A DNA stretch of 64,000 bases from Candidatus Gorgyraea atricola. Lineage in GTDB: Bacteria > Omnitrophota > Gorgyraeia > Gorgyraeales > Gorgyraeaceae. Below the pieces are notes generated by a model. The model was not told where the DNA came from, ran no database searches, and worked only from the letters and a program-made list of their open reading frames with translations. Position numbers and translations under genes: made by a program. Every line of letters begins with the position of its first letter. The first letter of the stretch is position 1. The stretch covers positions 94,907 to 158,906 of the forward strand of contig JAVCCW010000010.1 of the NCBI GenBank assembly GCA_030765235.1, in the 5' to 3' direction. Shown here piece by piece: positions 11,586 to 21,357 of this stretch.

Positions 11586-11633
11586 AAGGTCCAGCCTCGG
11601 CTTTTTAGTAACAAAAAGCCGAGGCTGGACCTT
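11586..11633. repeat. 21-bp inverted repeat (family I), possible terminator after HU
   Basis: AAGGTCCAGCCTCGGCTTTTT-agtaac-AAAAAGCCGAGGCTGGACCTT. Confidence 0.82.
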
Positions 11634-11643
11634 AGTTTTTTAG

Positions 11644-11916
11644 TTATTTCACCTTTGCCTTCATCACAAGGCCGGGTTTGAATATTGCTACTTTTTTCGG
11701 TGCCACAGGTACCTGCTGGCCTGTCCTGGGATTGCGCCCCATGCGGCCTTTTCTCGACTTAGTCTTAAATACGCCGAAATTCCTGAGCTCGATCTTCTTC
11801 CCCTGCGCAAGCGAGTCGATTATAATATCAAACGTCATCTGCACAACCTGCTTAACATCAATCTGCTTAACATCAGTCTCATTCGAGATCTTTACAACGA
11901 TATCTTTCTTGGTCAT
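11644..11916 (-). CDS. HU/IHF family DNA-binding protein
   Basis: MTKKDIV, IELRNFGVF, GRNPRTG and FKPG motifs. Confidence 0.93.
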   Translation of the reverse strand: MTKKDIVVKISNETDVKQIDVKQVVQMTFDIIIDSLAQGKKIELRNFGVFKTKSRKGRMGRNPRTGQQVPVAPKKVAIFKPGLVMKAKVK

Positions 11917-11961
11917 ACAAAACCTCCTTATGTTATCGTATCTAGTTTAATTACAAGGGGT

Positions 11962-11990
11962 AGTGTAACAGTTTCCAATTATGATGTCAA
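11962..11990 (-). promoter_or_regulatory. sigma70-like promoter for HU
   Basis: TTGACA-17-TACACT on the minus strand. Confidence 0.6.
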
Positions 11991-12012
11991 GAATGTTTTA
12001 TTAATATAACTT

Positions 12013-12043
12013 GTGGAGGTTACGAAGGTTACGGAAGGTTTCG
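12013..12043. repeat. Family B half element
   Basis: GTGGAGGTTACGAAGGTTACGGAAGGTTTCG with no inverted arm. Confidence 0.75.
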
Positions 12044-12108
12044 CATTTGTACGGCTAACCTGGCAAAATCTAACCAGGTTAGATATTTATTTAGATATTT
12101 ATCCTATA

Positions 12109-13101
12109 TCACAAATTTACAGGAATTACGACAGAATGGACTTTTTCTTTTAAATTAAAACTATGGGGCTTTTGAAAAACTCTAATTGGCACTTTTCCTA
12201 AAACTAATGCTACATCGTCATAAAAACGGCTCTGGATGCTTTTTCCTGTAGATAAAACGTCTCTGACCTTTTTAAAAGTTGGTTGCGCTAAATAATCTAA
12301 ATATCCTAATTCTTTCATAATAAAATCTGAAAGCAATAAATCATCTCTTTCATGGGCAACAATAATAAAACCTCCGCTTTTGAGCAATTCCTCGCTTGTC
12401 TTTTTTATTAAATCTTTAATACTACTGTTAAGCCGTTTCTCGAATTCTGTTTTCTGGGCAGACTTGCTCCATTTAAACAACTCTGCGTCTGGGAATGCTT
12501 TATGATGTTCCGCCCAAGCCGTTAATCCTTTTATTAGCAGAACATCGACTCCGCCCGCTTTTTTAATTTTAGGAAAATACGACTTATAACTAAAGTTGTT
12601 TCTTGTAAACACTTTATATTTTTTTTTCATATTCCAATACATTTTTGGCAAACCTCTACCAATAGCTTCTTTTTCCAACAACTGCATATTTTTGACCGTA
12701 ACACCTATTCCATTTTTAACATTTAAACCAAAAGTCATAGTAAAATATGAAGGGAAATAATCATTCCCCCAAGAAAAATATAGTAAATTCCCTTTTAGCA
12801 CCTCTATAAAATTAAGCACCTCGAGCCTAGAGATCCAATTAGGGATTAGATTGTCGTAGTTGGTTTCCATAGAAATAATCTCTTTTAATTTTTTATTAAG
12901 TCTGTCTTGAGCCGCGAAACTATTGGAGATAATTTGTTCATTGAAATTTGCCGCTCTATCTTTATCTAATTTTAAATTTGAAGATAGAGGTTTTCTGAGA
13001 TGGACTATGTCAGAAGCATACAGAGAGCTATTAGCCATATATAATATGCCTACCAGCGCAATTGTGATTCTTAAGTTATTCCCTTTTCCAATCTCCTTCA
13101 T
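12109..13101 (-). CDS. hypothetical exported protein, possibly a degenerate class I methyltransferase fold
   Basis: 330-aa AT-rich ORF with a signal-peptide-like N-terminus; LLYFSWGND, DVLLIKG and LLKSGGFIIV segments. Confidence 0.6.
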   Translation of the reverse strand: MKEIGKGNNLRITIALVGILYMANSSLYASDIVHLRKPLSSNLKLDKDRAANFNEQIISNSFAAQDRLNKKLKEIISMETNYDNLIPNWISRLEVLNFIEVLKGNLLYFSWGNDYFPSYFTMTFGLNVKNGIGVTVKNMQLLEKEAIGRGLPKMYWNMKKKYKVFTRNNFSYKSYFPKIKKAGGVDVLLIKGLTAWAEHHKAFPDAELFKWSKSAQKTEFEKRLNSSIKDLIKKTSEELLKSGGFIIVAHERDDLLLSDFIMKELGYLDYLAQPTFKKVRDVLSTGKSIQSRFYDDVALVLGKVPIRVFQKPHSFNLKEKVHSVVIPVNL

Positions 13102-13207
13102 AATCCACCTAAAAAATCCTGCTTCGCAGGAATTCTGTTAGTTATTGATAATTATAGCATATAAATAGCAGCTACGCAACGATTTTAATGTCCTCCTACC
13201 CTTAGCT

Positions 13208-13456
13208 TTTTGCATCACAGGCAGGCTGGGGTCTGAGGCACATTAGGAAGATTTTGGCAAAAGTCCGCAAGGATTTACAGCGAGCCCCGTTCCAAATTCT
13301 TAAAGATTATCAAATAATATATCAAAATTGTACGCAGTTAGTTACAGATAATAAATCGAGAATCGATTAGAATTTGGAACGGGGCGAGCTGTAAACCGTA
13401 GCGGACGGCAAAATCTCTCCAGTGCCGAACGGCCCCAGCCTGTCTGTGATGCAAAA
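13208..13456 (+). repeat. ~250-nt irregular long hairpin (MITE-like element or structured RNA)
   Basis: Successive paired blocks from TTTTGCATCACAGGCAGGCTGGGG/CCCCAGCCTGTCTGTGATGCAAAA inward to GCCCCGTTCCAAATTCT/AGAATTTGGAACGGGGC. Confidence 0.8.
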
Positions 13457-13458
13457 GC

Positions 13459-16400
13459 CTAGTTTTTCTCAAATTTGATATGGTCGCGGCTTACGAATTC
13501 TTCTAGTTCGGTGAGCATGTCGTTGGTGACATTTACGAACAGGTCCTTGTCGACCTGGATGCGGTAGGCGCCGTTCTTCTTGGTGGAGACATTTAGGTAG
13601 ACAGGGGTAGTACCTTTGTGTCTTGCAAAAACAGTCTTTAATCTCTCGAGCATAGTCTCTTCCATGCCCAGCGAGATAAGATCAATGGAAATAGCCCGGG
13701 TAAAGCGTGTGCGTGCCTCCTCAATAGGAATGATCTCCTCGACTATTATCTTAGGACGGTCCTCCCTGAGATTTAGCCTGCCGCTCACAAACACAGCAAA
13801 ATTAGGCCTGATAAACTTTGAAACCTTCTTGTACGACGCTGGAAAAGCCAGGACCTCGACCTTGCCCTCCAGATCCTCTATCATCATAATAGCCATTCTC
13901 TCGCCAGTGCGCTTCGTGACCGTGCTCTTAACCTTATTGATAATGCCGCCAAACCAGACCTTTTGGCCATCCTTTAGATCCCTGAGTTCACTACTGTTAG
14001 CTGTTGAATATTCATTCAACTCCCTCTCGTACTTGGCAAGCGGGTGCCCTGTTATGTAAAATCCAAGCATCTCCTTTTCAAAATGAAGAAGCTGGCCCTC
14101 TGGCCATTCCTTTATATCTGGGGCCTCATCATGCATCTTTCTGTCATTAAAAAGCAGCATCTGGCCAGATGATTTTTCCTTCTGTATAGAGCTCGCTATG
14201 TCCATTGCCCTGGAAAGTATAACCATGAGCTGAGCCCTTTTAAAACCAAGGCTATCAAACGCGCCGCACTTTATAAGACTCTCCATCACCTTCTTATTTA
14301 CCAGGCGCGAATCCGTGTACTCGCAAAATTCACACAAAGACTTAAAGGCACCGTGCTCCTGTCTTGCCTGGATAATAGAATTTATAGCAGTCTGGCCCAC
14401 ATTTTTAACAGCACCCAGGCCAAAACGTATGGTGCTCTTTTCAACCATTGTAAAATTGGCAAAACTCTCATTTACATCAGGCGGCAGGATCTTCATGCCC
14501 ATCTCTTCTGCCTCGTTTATATACTCAACGATCTTGTCCGTATTATCTTTTTCGCTTGTTAGAAGCGCGGTCATGAACTCAACAGGGTAATTCGCTTTTA
14601 AAAACGCTGTCCTGTAGGAGATCATTGCGTACGCGGCAGAATGACTCTTATTAAATCCATACCCGGCAAAATGCTCTATGAAATTAAAGATCTTCTCAGC
14701 AATGCGCTTGTCGATCTTATTCTTCACAGCACCTTCAATAAACGCGCGGCGCTGCTGGTCCATTATCTCAGGCGTCTTCTTCCCTATCGCGCGGCGTAGA
14801 AGATCCGCCTGGGCAAGTGAAAAACCTGCCAGCTTAGAAACTATCATCATTACCTGTTCCTGATACACAATGATCCCGTATGTCGGCTTTAAGATAGACT
14901 CGAGCAATGGATGATCGTATCTTACATCCACTTCGCCGTGTTTTCGTTTCATAAAATCATCAAGCATGCCGCTTCCTATAGGACCAGGCCTATAAAGAGC
15001 CAAGAGCGCTACAATATCCTCGAACTCTTGAGGCTTTAACTTCTTTAGAAGATCCCTCATGCCTGAACTTTCTAACTGGAATATGCCCATTGTATGCGCG
15101 CGGCCAAAAAGCTTGTACGTCTTTGAATCATCTATTGGTATATCCTCGATATTTAATTTAATATTGTTTACCCTGTTTACTATCTTTATGGCCTCCTGGA
15201 TAACAGTGAGCGTCCTCAAGCCCAGAAAATCCATTTTTAAAAGACCTATCTTTTCGAGCGAACCCATGGCATAACCTGTTGAGATCTGACCATCCCCTGT
15301 CTTAAAAAGAGGTACGTGGTTTGATAGGACATCCTCGCTTATCACAACACCTGCGGCGTGAGTAGATGCGTGGCGTGTAAGGCCTTCGAGATGTCTCGAT
15401 GTATCAATAAGCTCTTTTATAATAGGATCTTTTTTGTAAAGGCCTTTGAGCTCTGGCTCTTGTTCAAGCGCCAGGTCCAACGTAATATTCGGATCCATTG
15501 GAACCATTTTGGCGATCTTGTCTACATCAGCGTAAGGCACATTCATTACCCTGCCGACATCCCTAAGGACGCCCCTTGCTGCCATTGTGCCAAATGTTAT
15601 GATCTGCGCTACATTATCCTGGCCATATTTCTTTATAACATAATCTATTACCTCACCCCTTCGCTCATAGCAAAAATCTATATCAATATCAGGCATGGTA
15701 ACGCGCTCACGATTCAAGAATCTTTCAAAAAGGAGATTGTATTTCAATGGATCGATGTCTGTTATGCCGAGACAGAAACTTACTATGCTTCCTGCCGCGG
15801 AACCCCTGCCAGGCCCGACTGCTATGCCCTTTTCTTTTGCAAAACTCACAAAATCCCTGGTGATAAGAAAATAACTCGTATACCCGGACTTATTGATTAC
15901 ATCCATTTCGTATTCGAGTCTTTGCCTTATCTCAGACGATGCGCCAGGATATTTCTTTTTTAGGCCCTGCTCGCAAAGATCCTTAAGGTATTTTTCGCGT
16001 GTCGTACCATCAGGCGCCACATAGTGCGGCAAATATGTCTTTGAAAAATCCAGTTCCAGATTACAGCGTTCTGTTATCTTTATGGTATTCTGGATCGCCT
16101 CAGGCACATCTTTAAAAAGAGCCTTCATCTCTTCAGGCGGCTTAAAATAAAACTGGTCTGTCTGCAGCTTCATGTGTTTTGGATCATCCAGGGTAGTCTG
16201 CGTCTGGATACAGAGAAGCGCCTCGTGCGCCCTGGCGCTGTCCTTACTAAGGTAATGCACGTCATTTGTCGCAACGAGCCCTATGTCCAGGGACCTGCCC
16301 AGCTTTATAAGGGTGGTATTTACGATCTCCTGTTCTGGGATGGAATTATTCTGGATCTCAAAATAGAAATTATCCTTACCTAAAATTTCGCGGTACTGGC

Positions 16401-16887
16401 CTGCTACCTCTTTTATTTTTGACTCTTTTTTGTTAATAGCAAGCTGCGCGCACTCGCCTTTAAGACAGGCTGAAAGCCCTATAAGGCCTTCTGAATATTT
16501 AGACAAGATCTCTTTGTCAATTCTCGGCTTATAGTAAAAGCCTTCCAGGTAGCCGATAGTAACGAGTTTCATCAGGTTCCTGTACCCGGTCTCGTCCTTT
16601 GCCAAAAGCACAAGATGATTCGATGTCTCGCCTCCGGCGTAAACAGTCTTATCGAGCCGGTTCTTTGGCGCTACGTAAACCTCGCACCCTATGATGGGTT
16701 TTACGCCATTCTGCATGCAGCTTTGATAGAATTCGATCGCGCCAAACATGTTGCCGTGGTCTGTCATCGCAACAGCAGGCATCTTCATACGCCTTGCGCT
16801 ATCAGTGAGTTTTTTTATTAGACATGCTCCGTCGAGGAGACTGTACTGCGTGTGGACATGGAGGTGTGTGAAGTCGGAATGAGGCAT
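13459..16887 (-). CDS. dnaE: DNA polymerase III alpha subunit
   Basis: HLHVHTQYSLLDG, GRGSAAGS, PDIDIDF and YGFNKSHS motifs. Confidence 0.98.
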   Translation of the reverse strand: MPHSDFTHLHVHTQYSLLDGACLIKKLTDSARRMKMPAVAMTDHGNMFGAIEFYQSCMQNGVKPIIGCEVYVAPKNRLDKTVYAGGETSNHLVLLAKDETGYRNLMKLVTIGYLEGFYYKPRIDKEILSKYSEGLIGLSACLKGECAQLAINKKESKIKEVAGQYREILGKDNFYFEIQNNSIPEQEIVNTTLIKLGRSLDIGLVATNDVHYLSKDSARAHEALLCIQTQTTLDDPKHMKLQTDQFYFKPPEEMKALFKDVPEAIQNTIKITERCNLELDFSKTYLPHYVAPDGTTREKYLKDLCEQGLKKKYPGASSEIRQRLEYEMDVINKSGYTSYFLITRDFVSFAKEKGIAVGPGRGSAAGSIVSFCLGITDIDPLKYNLLFERFLNRERVTMPDIDIDFCYERRGEVIDYVIKKYGQDNVAQIITFGTMAARGVLRDVGRVMNVPYADVDKIAKMVPMDPNITLDLALEQEPELKGLYKKDPIIKELIDTSRHLEGLTRHASTHAAGVVISEDVLSNHVPLFKTGDGQISTGYAMGSLEKIGLLKMDFLGLRTLTVIQEAIKIVNRVNNIKLNIEDIPIDDSKTYKLFGRAHTMGIFQLESSGMRDLLKKLKPQEFEDIVALLALYRPGPIGSGMLDDFMKRKHGEVDVRYDHPLLESILKPTYGIIVYQEQVMMIVSKLAGFSLAQADLLRRAIGKKTPEIMDQQRRAFIEGAVKNKIDKRIAEKIFNFIEHFAGYGFNKSHSAAYAMISYRTAFLKANYPVEFMTALLTSEKDNTDKIVEYINEAEEMGMKILPPDVNESFANFTMVEKSTIRFGLGAVKNVGQTAINSIIQARQEHGAFKSLCEFCEYTDSRLVNKKVMESLIKCGAFDSLGFKRAQLMVILSRAMDIASSIQKEKSSGQMLLFNDRKMHDEAPDIKEWPEGQLLHFEKEMLGFYITGHPLAKYERELNEYSTANSSELRDLKDGQKVWFGGIINKVKSTVTKRTGERMAIMMIEDLEGKVEVLAFPASYKKVSKFIRPNFAVFVSGRLNLREDRPKIIVEEIIPIEEARTRFTRAISIDLISLGMEETMLERLKTVFARHKGTTPVYLNVSTKKNGAYRIQVDKDLFVNVTNDMLTELEEFVSRDHIKFEKN

Positions 16888-16893
16888 AAATAG

Positions 16894-17017
16894 AAAATCC
16901 CAAATCCCAATAATACCAATACTACCAAATAAATCCCAATTTCAAAATCCCAAACATGTGTTGGGGTTTGGGATTTTGGATTTATTTGGGATTTGGTAGT
17001 ATTTGGATTTGGGATTT
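16894..17017. repeat. Family A palindrome, copy 2
   Basis: Near-identical to 585-706 and 18209-18334. Confidence 0.9.
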
Positions 17018-17022
17018 ATATT

Positions 17023-18183
17023 TCATTTCCCCATCCCAATCCCCTGCGCTCTTTGCAGGAGTTTTCCTTCTGTCTTAATGGATGGGGCTATTATTATTTC
17101 GGTCAATTGCATTTCTTTTATATCTCTCGCGCCGACATTTCCCATCGAGGTCATTAGCGCGCCTACAAGATTTTGTGAACCATCATCGAGCTTTGCGGGG
17201 CCAAGTAAGATCTCTTCTAATGTCCCGGTCGTGCCCACGCGGATCCGCGTACCTCTGGGCAGGTTTGCATGCGGTGTGGCCATGCCCCAATGATATCCTT
17301 TTCCTGGCGCCTCTTGCGCCCTGGCAAACGCGGAGCCGACCATCACAGCATCTGCGCCGCTGGCAAAGGCCTTGCAGGTATCTCCGCCTGAATCCATGCC
17401 GCCGTCTGTAATAATCGGTATATATTTTCCTGTCTTCTTATGATAAAAATCTCGCGCTGCTGATGTATCTGAAGTAGCTGTGACCTGCGGTACACCTATG
17501 CCAAGGACGCCTCTTGTGGTGCACGCCGCGCCAGGCCCGATGCCGACCAGGATCGCGCTAGCCCCAGCCTCCATCAGCTCAAGCGCAACAGAATACGTAA
17601 CGCAGTTGCCCAATATAACAGGGATCTTCATCGATTTTATGAACTTGGCAAGATCAACTACTTTATATTCCTTAGACATATGATGCACACTTATCACTGT
17701 AGACTGGACTACAAATATGTCTGCGCCTGCATCCTGCGCAAGCTTACCAAAACGCTCTGCAGTCTGCGGAATCGTACTTACAGCCGCGGTCGCGTTCTTT
17801 TTCTTTATTTCCTTTATCCTCTTTGTAATGAGCTTTTCTTTTATAGGTTTAACATAAAGGGATTGCACGAGCTTTGTGGCCTCTTGCGGGCTTGCCTTTG
17901 CTATTTTTTTAAGTATCTCGTCAGGATTCTCATAACGGGTCTGCACGCCGTCCAGGTTTAAAACAGCCACGCCGCCGAGCTTACTCATCTCTACAGCAAA
18001 CTTCACATCCACCACGCCATCCATTGCAGCAGCAAGTATGGGTATCCTGTATTTCTTGCCTGCCAGCTCCCAACTTGTATCTACCTCGTTAGGATTTATC
18101 GTAACAGAACCAGGTACAAGAGCTATCTCATCAAATCCATAACACCTTCGCGCCTTTCTCCCTCTTCCAACCCACATACCCAT
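17023..18183 (-). CDS. guaB: IMP dehydrogenase family protein (GuaB3 type, no CBS domains)
   Basis: YGFDEIALVP, GIGPGAACTTRGVLGIGVPQ and ITDGG motifs; GGAGG RBS before MGMWVG. Confidence 0.88.
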   Translation of the reverse strand: MGMWVGRGRKARRCYGFDEIALVPGSVTINPNEVDTSWELAGKKYRIPILAAAMDGVVDVKFAVEMSKLGGVAVLNLDGVQTRYENPDEILKKIAKASPQEATKLVQSLYVKPIKEKLITKRIKEIKKKNATAAVSTIPQTAERFGKLAQDAGADIFVVQSTVISVHHMSKEYKVVDLAKFIKSMKIPVILGNCVTYSVALELMEAGASAILVGIGPGAACTTRGVLGIGVPQVTATSDTSAARDFYHKKTGKYIPIITDGGMDSGGDTCKAFASGADAVMVGSAFARAQEAPGKGYHWGMATPHANLPRGTRIRVGTTGTLEEILLGPAKLDDGSQNLVGALMTSMGNVGARDIKEMQLTEIIIAPSIKTEGKLLQRAQGIGMGK

Positions 18184-18208
18184 CCTAGTACCTCCTTTTG
18201 AAATACGC

Positions 18209-18334
18209 AAAAATCCCAAATCCCAATAATACCAATACTACCAAATAAATCCCAATTTCAAAATCCCAAACATGTGTTGGGATTTGGGATTTTGGATTTA
18301 TTTGGGATTTGGTAGTATTTGGATTTTGGATTTT
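18209..18334. repeat. Family A palindrome, copy 3
   Basis: Near-identical to copy 2; the two bracket the guaB gene. Confidence 0.9.
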
Positions 18335-18394
18335 CTACCATAAATATCTATTACCTTTTAGTTCTGTGTATAATACAGTAAACCTTGTAAAAAG

Positions 18395-20014
18395 TCAAGT
18401 CTTCGGTATCAGCAATACGTCTAACAGCAGCGCCTTAAATGCTATATTCTTCCAGAAATGCTTCCCTTGATCCCTCCCTAAAACAACATCCTTGACCCCA
18501 TGAAAAAATCCCAGGTTCTGCTGCGAATGTTCCTTAGAGATATTATGCGCGGAAAAACGGGCTTCTAAAAAACCTTCTGTTATATCATGCATGGGTTTTG
18601 GATTATCTGATAAAATAGCCCCTACAGATTCAAGGAACTCCCTTGCCGCAATATAGTCAAATTTAGAAGCGCCATATATCTTAAAACCCCTGCATAGAAT
18701 GCCATAGATCTCCTTTATAAATTCCTTTGGATCCTTGATCGCTAATTCCTGCAAACGTTTGCTTCTCATAAACATGTACACAGTAAAAAATAAAAGCCCT
18801 AAAACCACAAGCCACAAAACGCTAATAGATGAGTAATATAAAGGGCCTTTTTTCTTTATTGGTATTAGAGGGGGCAATATCTCAATGTACAGATCATTGC
18901 TAAATGTCCCGAGATAAGACGCAGATACATGCACGCTTCCTTCTTCTTTTGGCTTGAGATTCCCTTGATTATTTATTGATACCTCTGTGCTGCCGCTGGT
19001 CACCCAGTCAACAAGCTTTGTTACTGTAAGAGTAGAGTCATCGCTCATGGTCAATTCCGCTTCAAGTCTAACTTGCTTACCAAGGGGGACCTTATCCGCA
19101 TTTGAGTATATTGTAAGAGCCTTTATCTCAAAAATATCTATTTCCTTATTAAATCCTTCTGCGCGAAAACGCTGCTCGATCGCCTTTTTGGCCTTTCCTT
19201 CTGTCTCTTGTATTAATTCCTCTTGTCTTATCCTTACGCCCTGAGTTTCCCTCTTTTTCTTTATGGCATCTACGAGCTGTTCTTTTTTCCTTTTTTTATT
19301 GTCTTTTAGCTCTTTCGGCGCCTGATGCAATAACTTTAAAAGCGGGATCTTCTCGGGGATCCCTAAAAGCGTAGAGGGCAGTCCCTTTAAAGATAGATTC
19401 TCAAAACGCGGGACAAAGGGATAGACTAGAGACGCGACTATTAAAACAAAAGAAAACATCATTGCAGCCACTTTTATTTGCTGCCATAAACTCATTATCT
19501 TTTCCTGATCCCCCACTATAAGAGAGCCCTTGTTCTTTTTTTCGCATACCAGACTCAAACGCATCGCAAAGATAAAGATAAACAAAAAAACCGCAAGCAT
19601 GACCATATAAACTGGTTCCTGTTCCAGGGCAAGAGAAATGGATGAGATCAAAAGACACACTGCTATAAATTGCAACATAGCATAACTTTTTTCTTCTTTC
19701 AGGCCAAAACTTTGAAAAAGCGTAAGCCATGCCAGGGCTATAGAAAAACCCGTCAGAAGATTATCAAATGTCAAGGCCTTGTCAAAAAGGCCTCCCAATG
19801 TCACGACCACTGCTGCAAGAGACAGCATCCCTATAAAGGTATCTATATGCTGGGGTCTGGATTTTCTGATCCGCCAGCTTACAAGAAAACCTGCGATCGT
19901 ACCAGGTATCAGGAGCGCAGCGACAAAAGGATTTATGATCCCCTGGATGCTAAAAAGTCCTATCAGGACTATCCCCAGATTTGAAAAGTGAAAATATAAC
20001 GCGTCTCTGTCCAC
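18395..20014 (-). CDS. multi-pass membrane protein with an Ig-like domain and DUF4129-like C-terminus
   Basis: N-terminal TM bundle, Big_2-like segment (TMSDDSTLTVTKLVDW...VSINNQG...VHVSASY), further TM and EARFS motif; third gene of the MoxR/DUF58 operon. Confidence 0.65.
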   Translation of the reverse strand: MDRDALYFHFSNLGIVLIGLFSIQGIINPFVAALLIPGTIAGFLVSWRIRKSRPQHIDTFIGMLSLAAVVVTLGGLFDKALTFDNLLTGFSIALAWLTLFQSFGLKEEKSYAMLQFIAVCLLISSISLALEQEPVYMVMLAVFLFIFIFAMRLSLVCEKKNKGSLIVGDQEKIMSLWQQIKVAAMMFSFVLIVASLVYPFVPRFENLSLKGLPSTLLGIPEKIPLLKLLHQAPKELKDNKKRKKEQLVDAIKKKRETQGVRIRQEELIQETEGKAKKAIEQRFRAEGFNKEIDIFEIKALTIYSNADKVPLGKQVRLEAELTMSDDSTLTVTKLVDWVTSGSTEVSINNQGNLKPKEEGSVHVSASYLGTFSNDLYIEILPPLIPIKKKGPLYYSSISVLWLVVLGLLFFTVYMFMRSKRLQELAIKDPKEFIKEIYGILCRGFKIYGASKFDYIAAREFLESVGAILSDNPKPMHDITEGFLEARFSAHNISKEHSQQNLGFFHGVKDVVLGRDQGKHFWKNIAFKALLLDVLLIPKT

Positions 20015-20034
20015 GATCCTTATCCTTAATAACT

Positions 20035-20103
20035 CGTTGGTGTAAAGTGCAAAGTGTCAAGTGTCAGGGCCCTTTTGACACCTGACACCTAAAACCTGAC
20101 ACC
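20035..20103. repeat. Family C heptamer palindrome (GTGTCAA/G ... C/TTGACAC), empty copy
   Basis: Four heptamers per arm; matches the reverse complement of 41377-41450. Confidence 0.88.
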
Positions 20104-20127
20104 AGCCTTGTATTTATACAAAGCAAG

Positions 20128-21357
20128 TTACACCGTCTCGAACTTCTTCTCTAAATCATCGCCTTTCGAGATCCTGTAGGCGTATCCCTCCAGGCCTGCG
20201 AGTGCCTCATCAAATTTTCTTGCTGCCTCCATGTCAAGCTGCTCGCCCTCTGCCAACTGGCCAAACGTAGAAGTCGCGAGAACTATGGTTATCAATCTTA
20301 TCCCTTTTGCCTTAAATTGAACAAGGCTTGACAGAGCAGCCATATCATTATCCAGCATTATTGTTATAAGTGTAGAGCTGTATGGTGTAATAAAACTTGC
20401 TTCTTCAAGCGTCTGAGATAGAGAAAATTTACCATCCGAACGAACCTTTGCAAGATATTCTAACATCTTATGCAAATGCGATTCGCCTTTTCCAAAAGGC
20501 AGAGTCATTGCTGTCCTAGAATAACCCATCATCTGCACAAGTGCGCCTTCACTCAAGAGATATTTTGCAATAGACCCTGCTATTTTTACTGAATACTCCA
20601 AGGTTGTCTCTCTTTCTACGCCGACATCATGTTCTTTCTTTAAATCAATAACTATGGTTGCCTCCTGCACTACATTGCGTTCAAACTGCTTTACGATCAA
20701 TTTATTATGCCTGGCTGTTGAAGGCCAATGCATACGGCTCATGGCATCGCCCCTCTGATATTCCCTGACTCCGAAAAACTCATGACTGTCGCCGCCTATC
20801 CTTGTAGTCTCTACACCCATCCACGAAACAGAGCCTTTTGCAAGAGGCGGAAATGAAAATATCTTGAATAGGCCTGGATAGATCAAAATATCCGCAAATA
20901 CACTAAAGATCTTTTTCATCTTGAAAAATCCAAGCGCATCCTGAGAAATAACAAATATCGGGCCTATCTTCCATAAGCCCCTTCTATAGCAGTTAATCAC
21001 ATACCTAAAAGATATTTTCTTTTTGGCTTCTATATCTAATATAAATAGTGATGGCTTTTTCTCGTCAGGCGGCGCAAATGGAACCGTATCTATTATTTCA
21101 AAAAAAGAGGCGTCTATCTTGCGCTTATTCTTAATGTCCATCTTAACATTAAGCATATCATCTTCGAATGCCGTGTCTTGCAATGTCCTGCTTAAAGAGA
21201 TATCAGGAATATTAATCTGCAAGTGTATAAAAGAAAGGGTAAATATGACAAAGGCTATCACGAAAAATATGTAGATCATTGTTATGTCAGTATTCCACGC
21301 GATAGCAAGAAGAAGAATGGATGTTATGAGGAGAAAGATACTTTTCGAAGTAAACAT
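20128..21357 (-). CDS. DUF58 domain protein
   Basis: EFFGVREYQRGD, MHWPSTAR and LIVKQFE motifs; RRGLW motif. Confidence 0.9.
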   Translation of the reverse strand: MFTSKSIFLLITSILLLAIAWNTDITMIYIFFVIAFVIFTLSFIHLQINIPDISLSRTLQDTAFEDDMLNVKMDIKNKRKIDASFFEIIDTVPFAPPDEKKPSLFILDIEAKKKISFRYVINCYRRGLWKIGPIFVISQDALGFFKMKKIFSVFADILIYPGLFKIFSFPPLAKGSVSWMGVETTRIGGDSHEFFGVREYQRGDAMSRMHWPSTARHNKLIVKQFERNVVQEATIVIDLKKEHDVGVERETTLEYSVKIAGSIAKYLLSEGALVQMMGYSRTAMTLPFGKGESHLHKMLEYLAKVRSDGKFSLSQTLEEASFITPYSSTLITIMLDNDMAALSSLVQFKAKGIRLITIVLATSTFGQLAEGEQLDMEAARKFDEALAGLEGYAYRISKGDDLEKKFETV

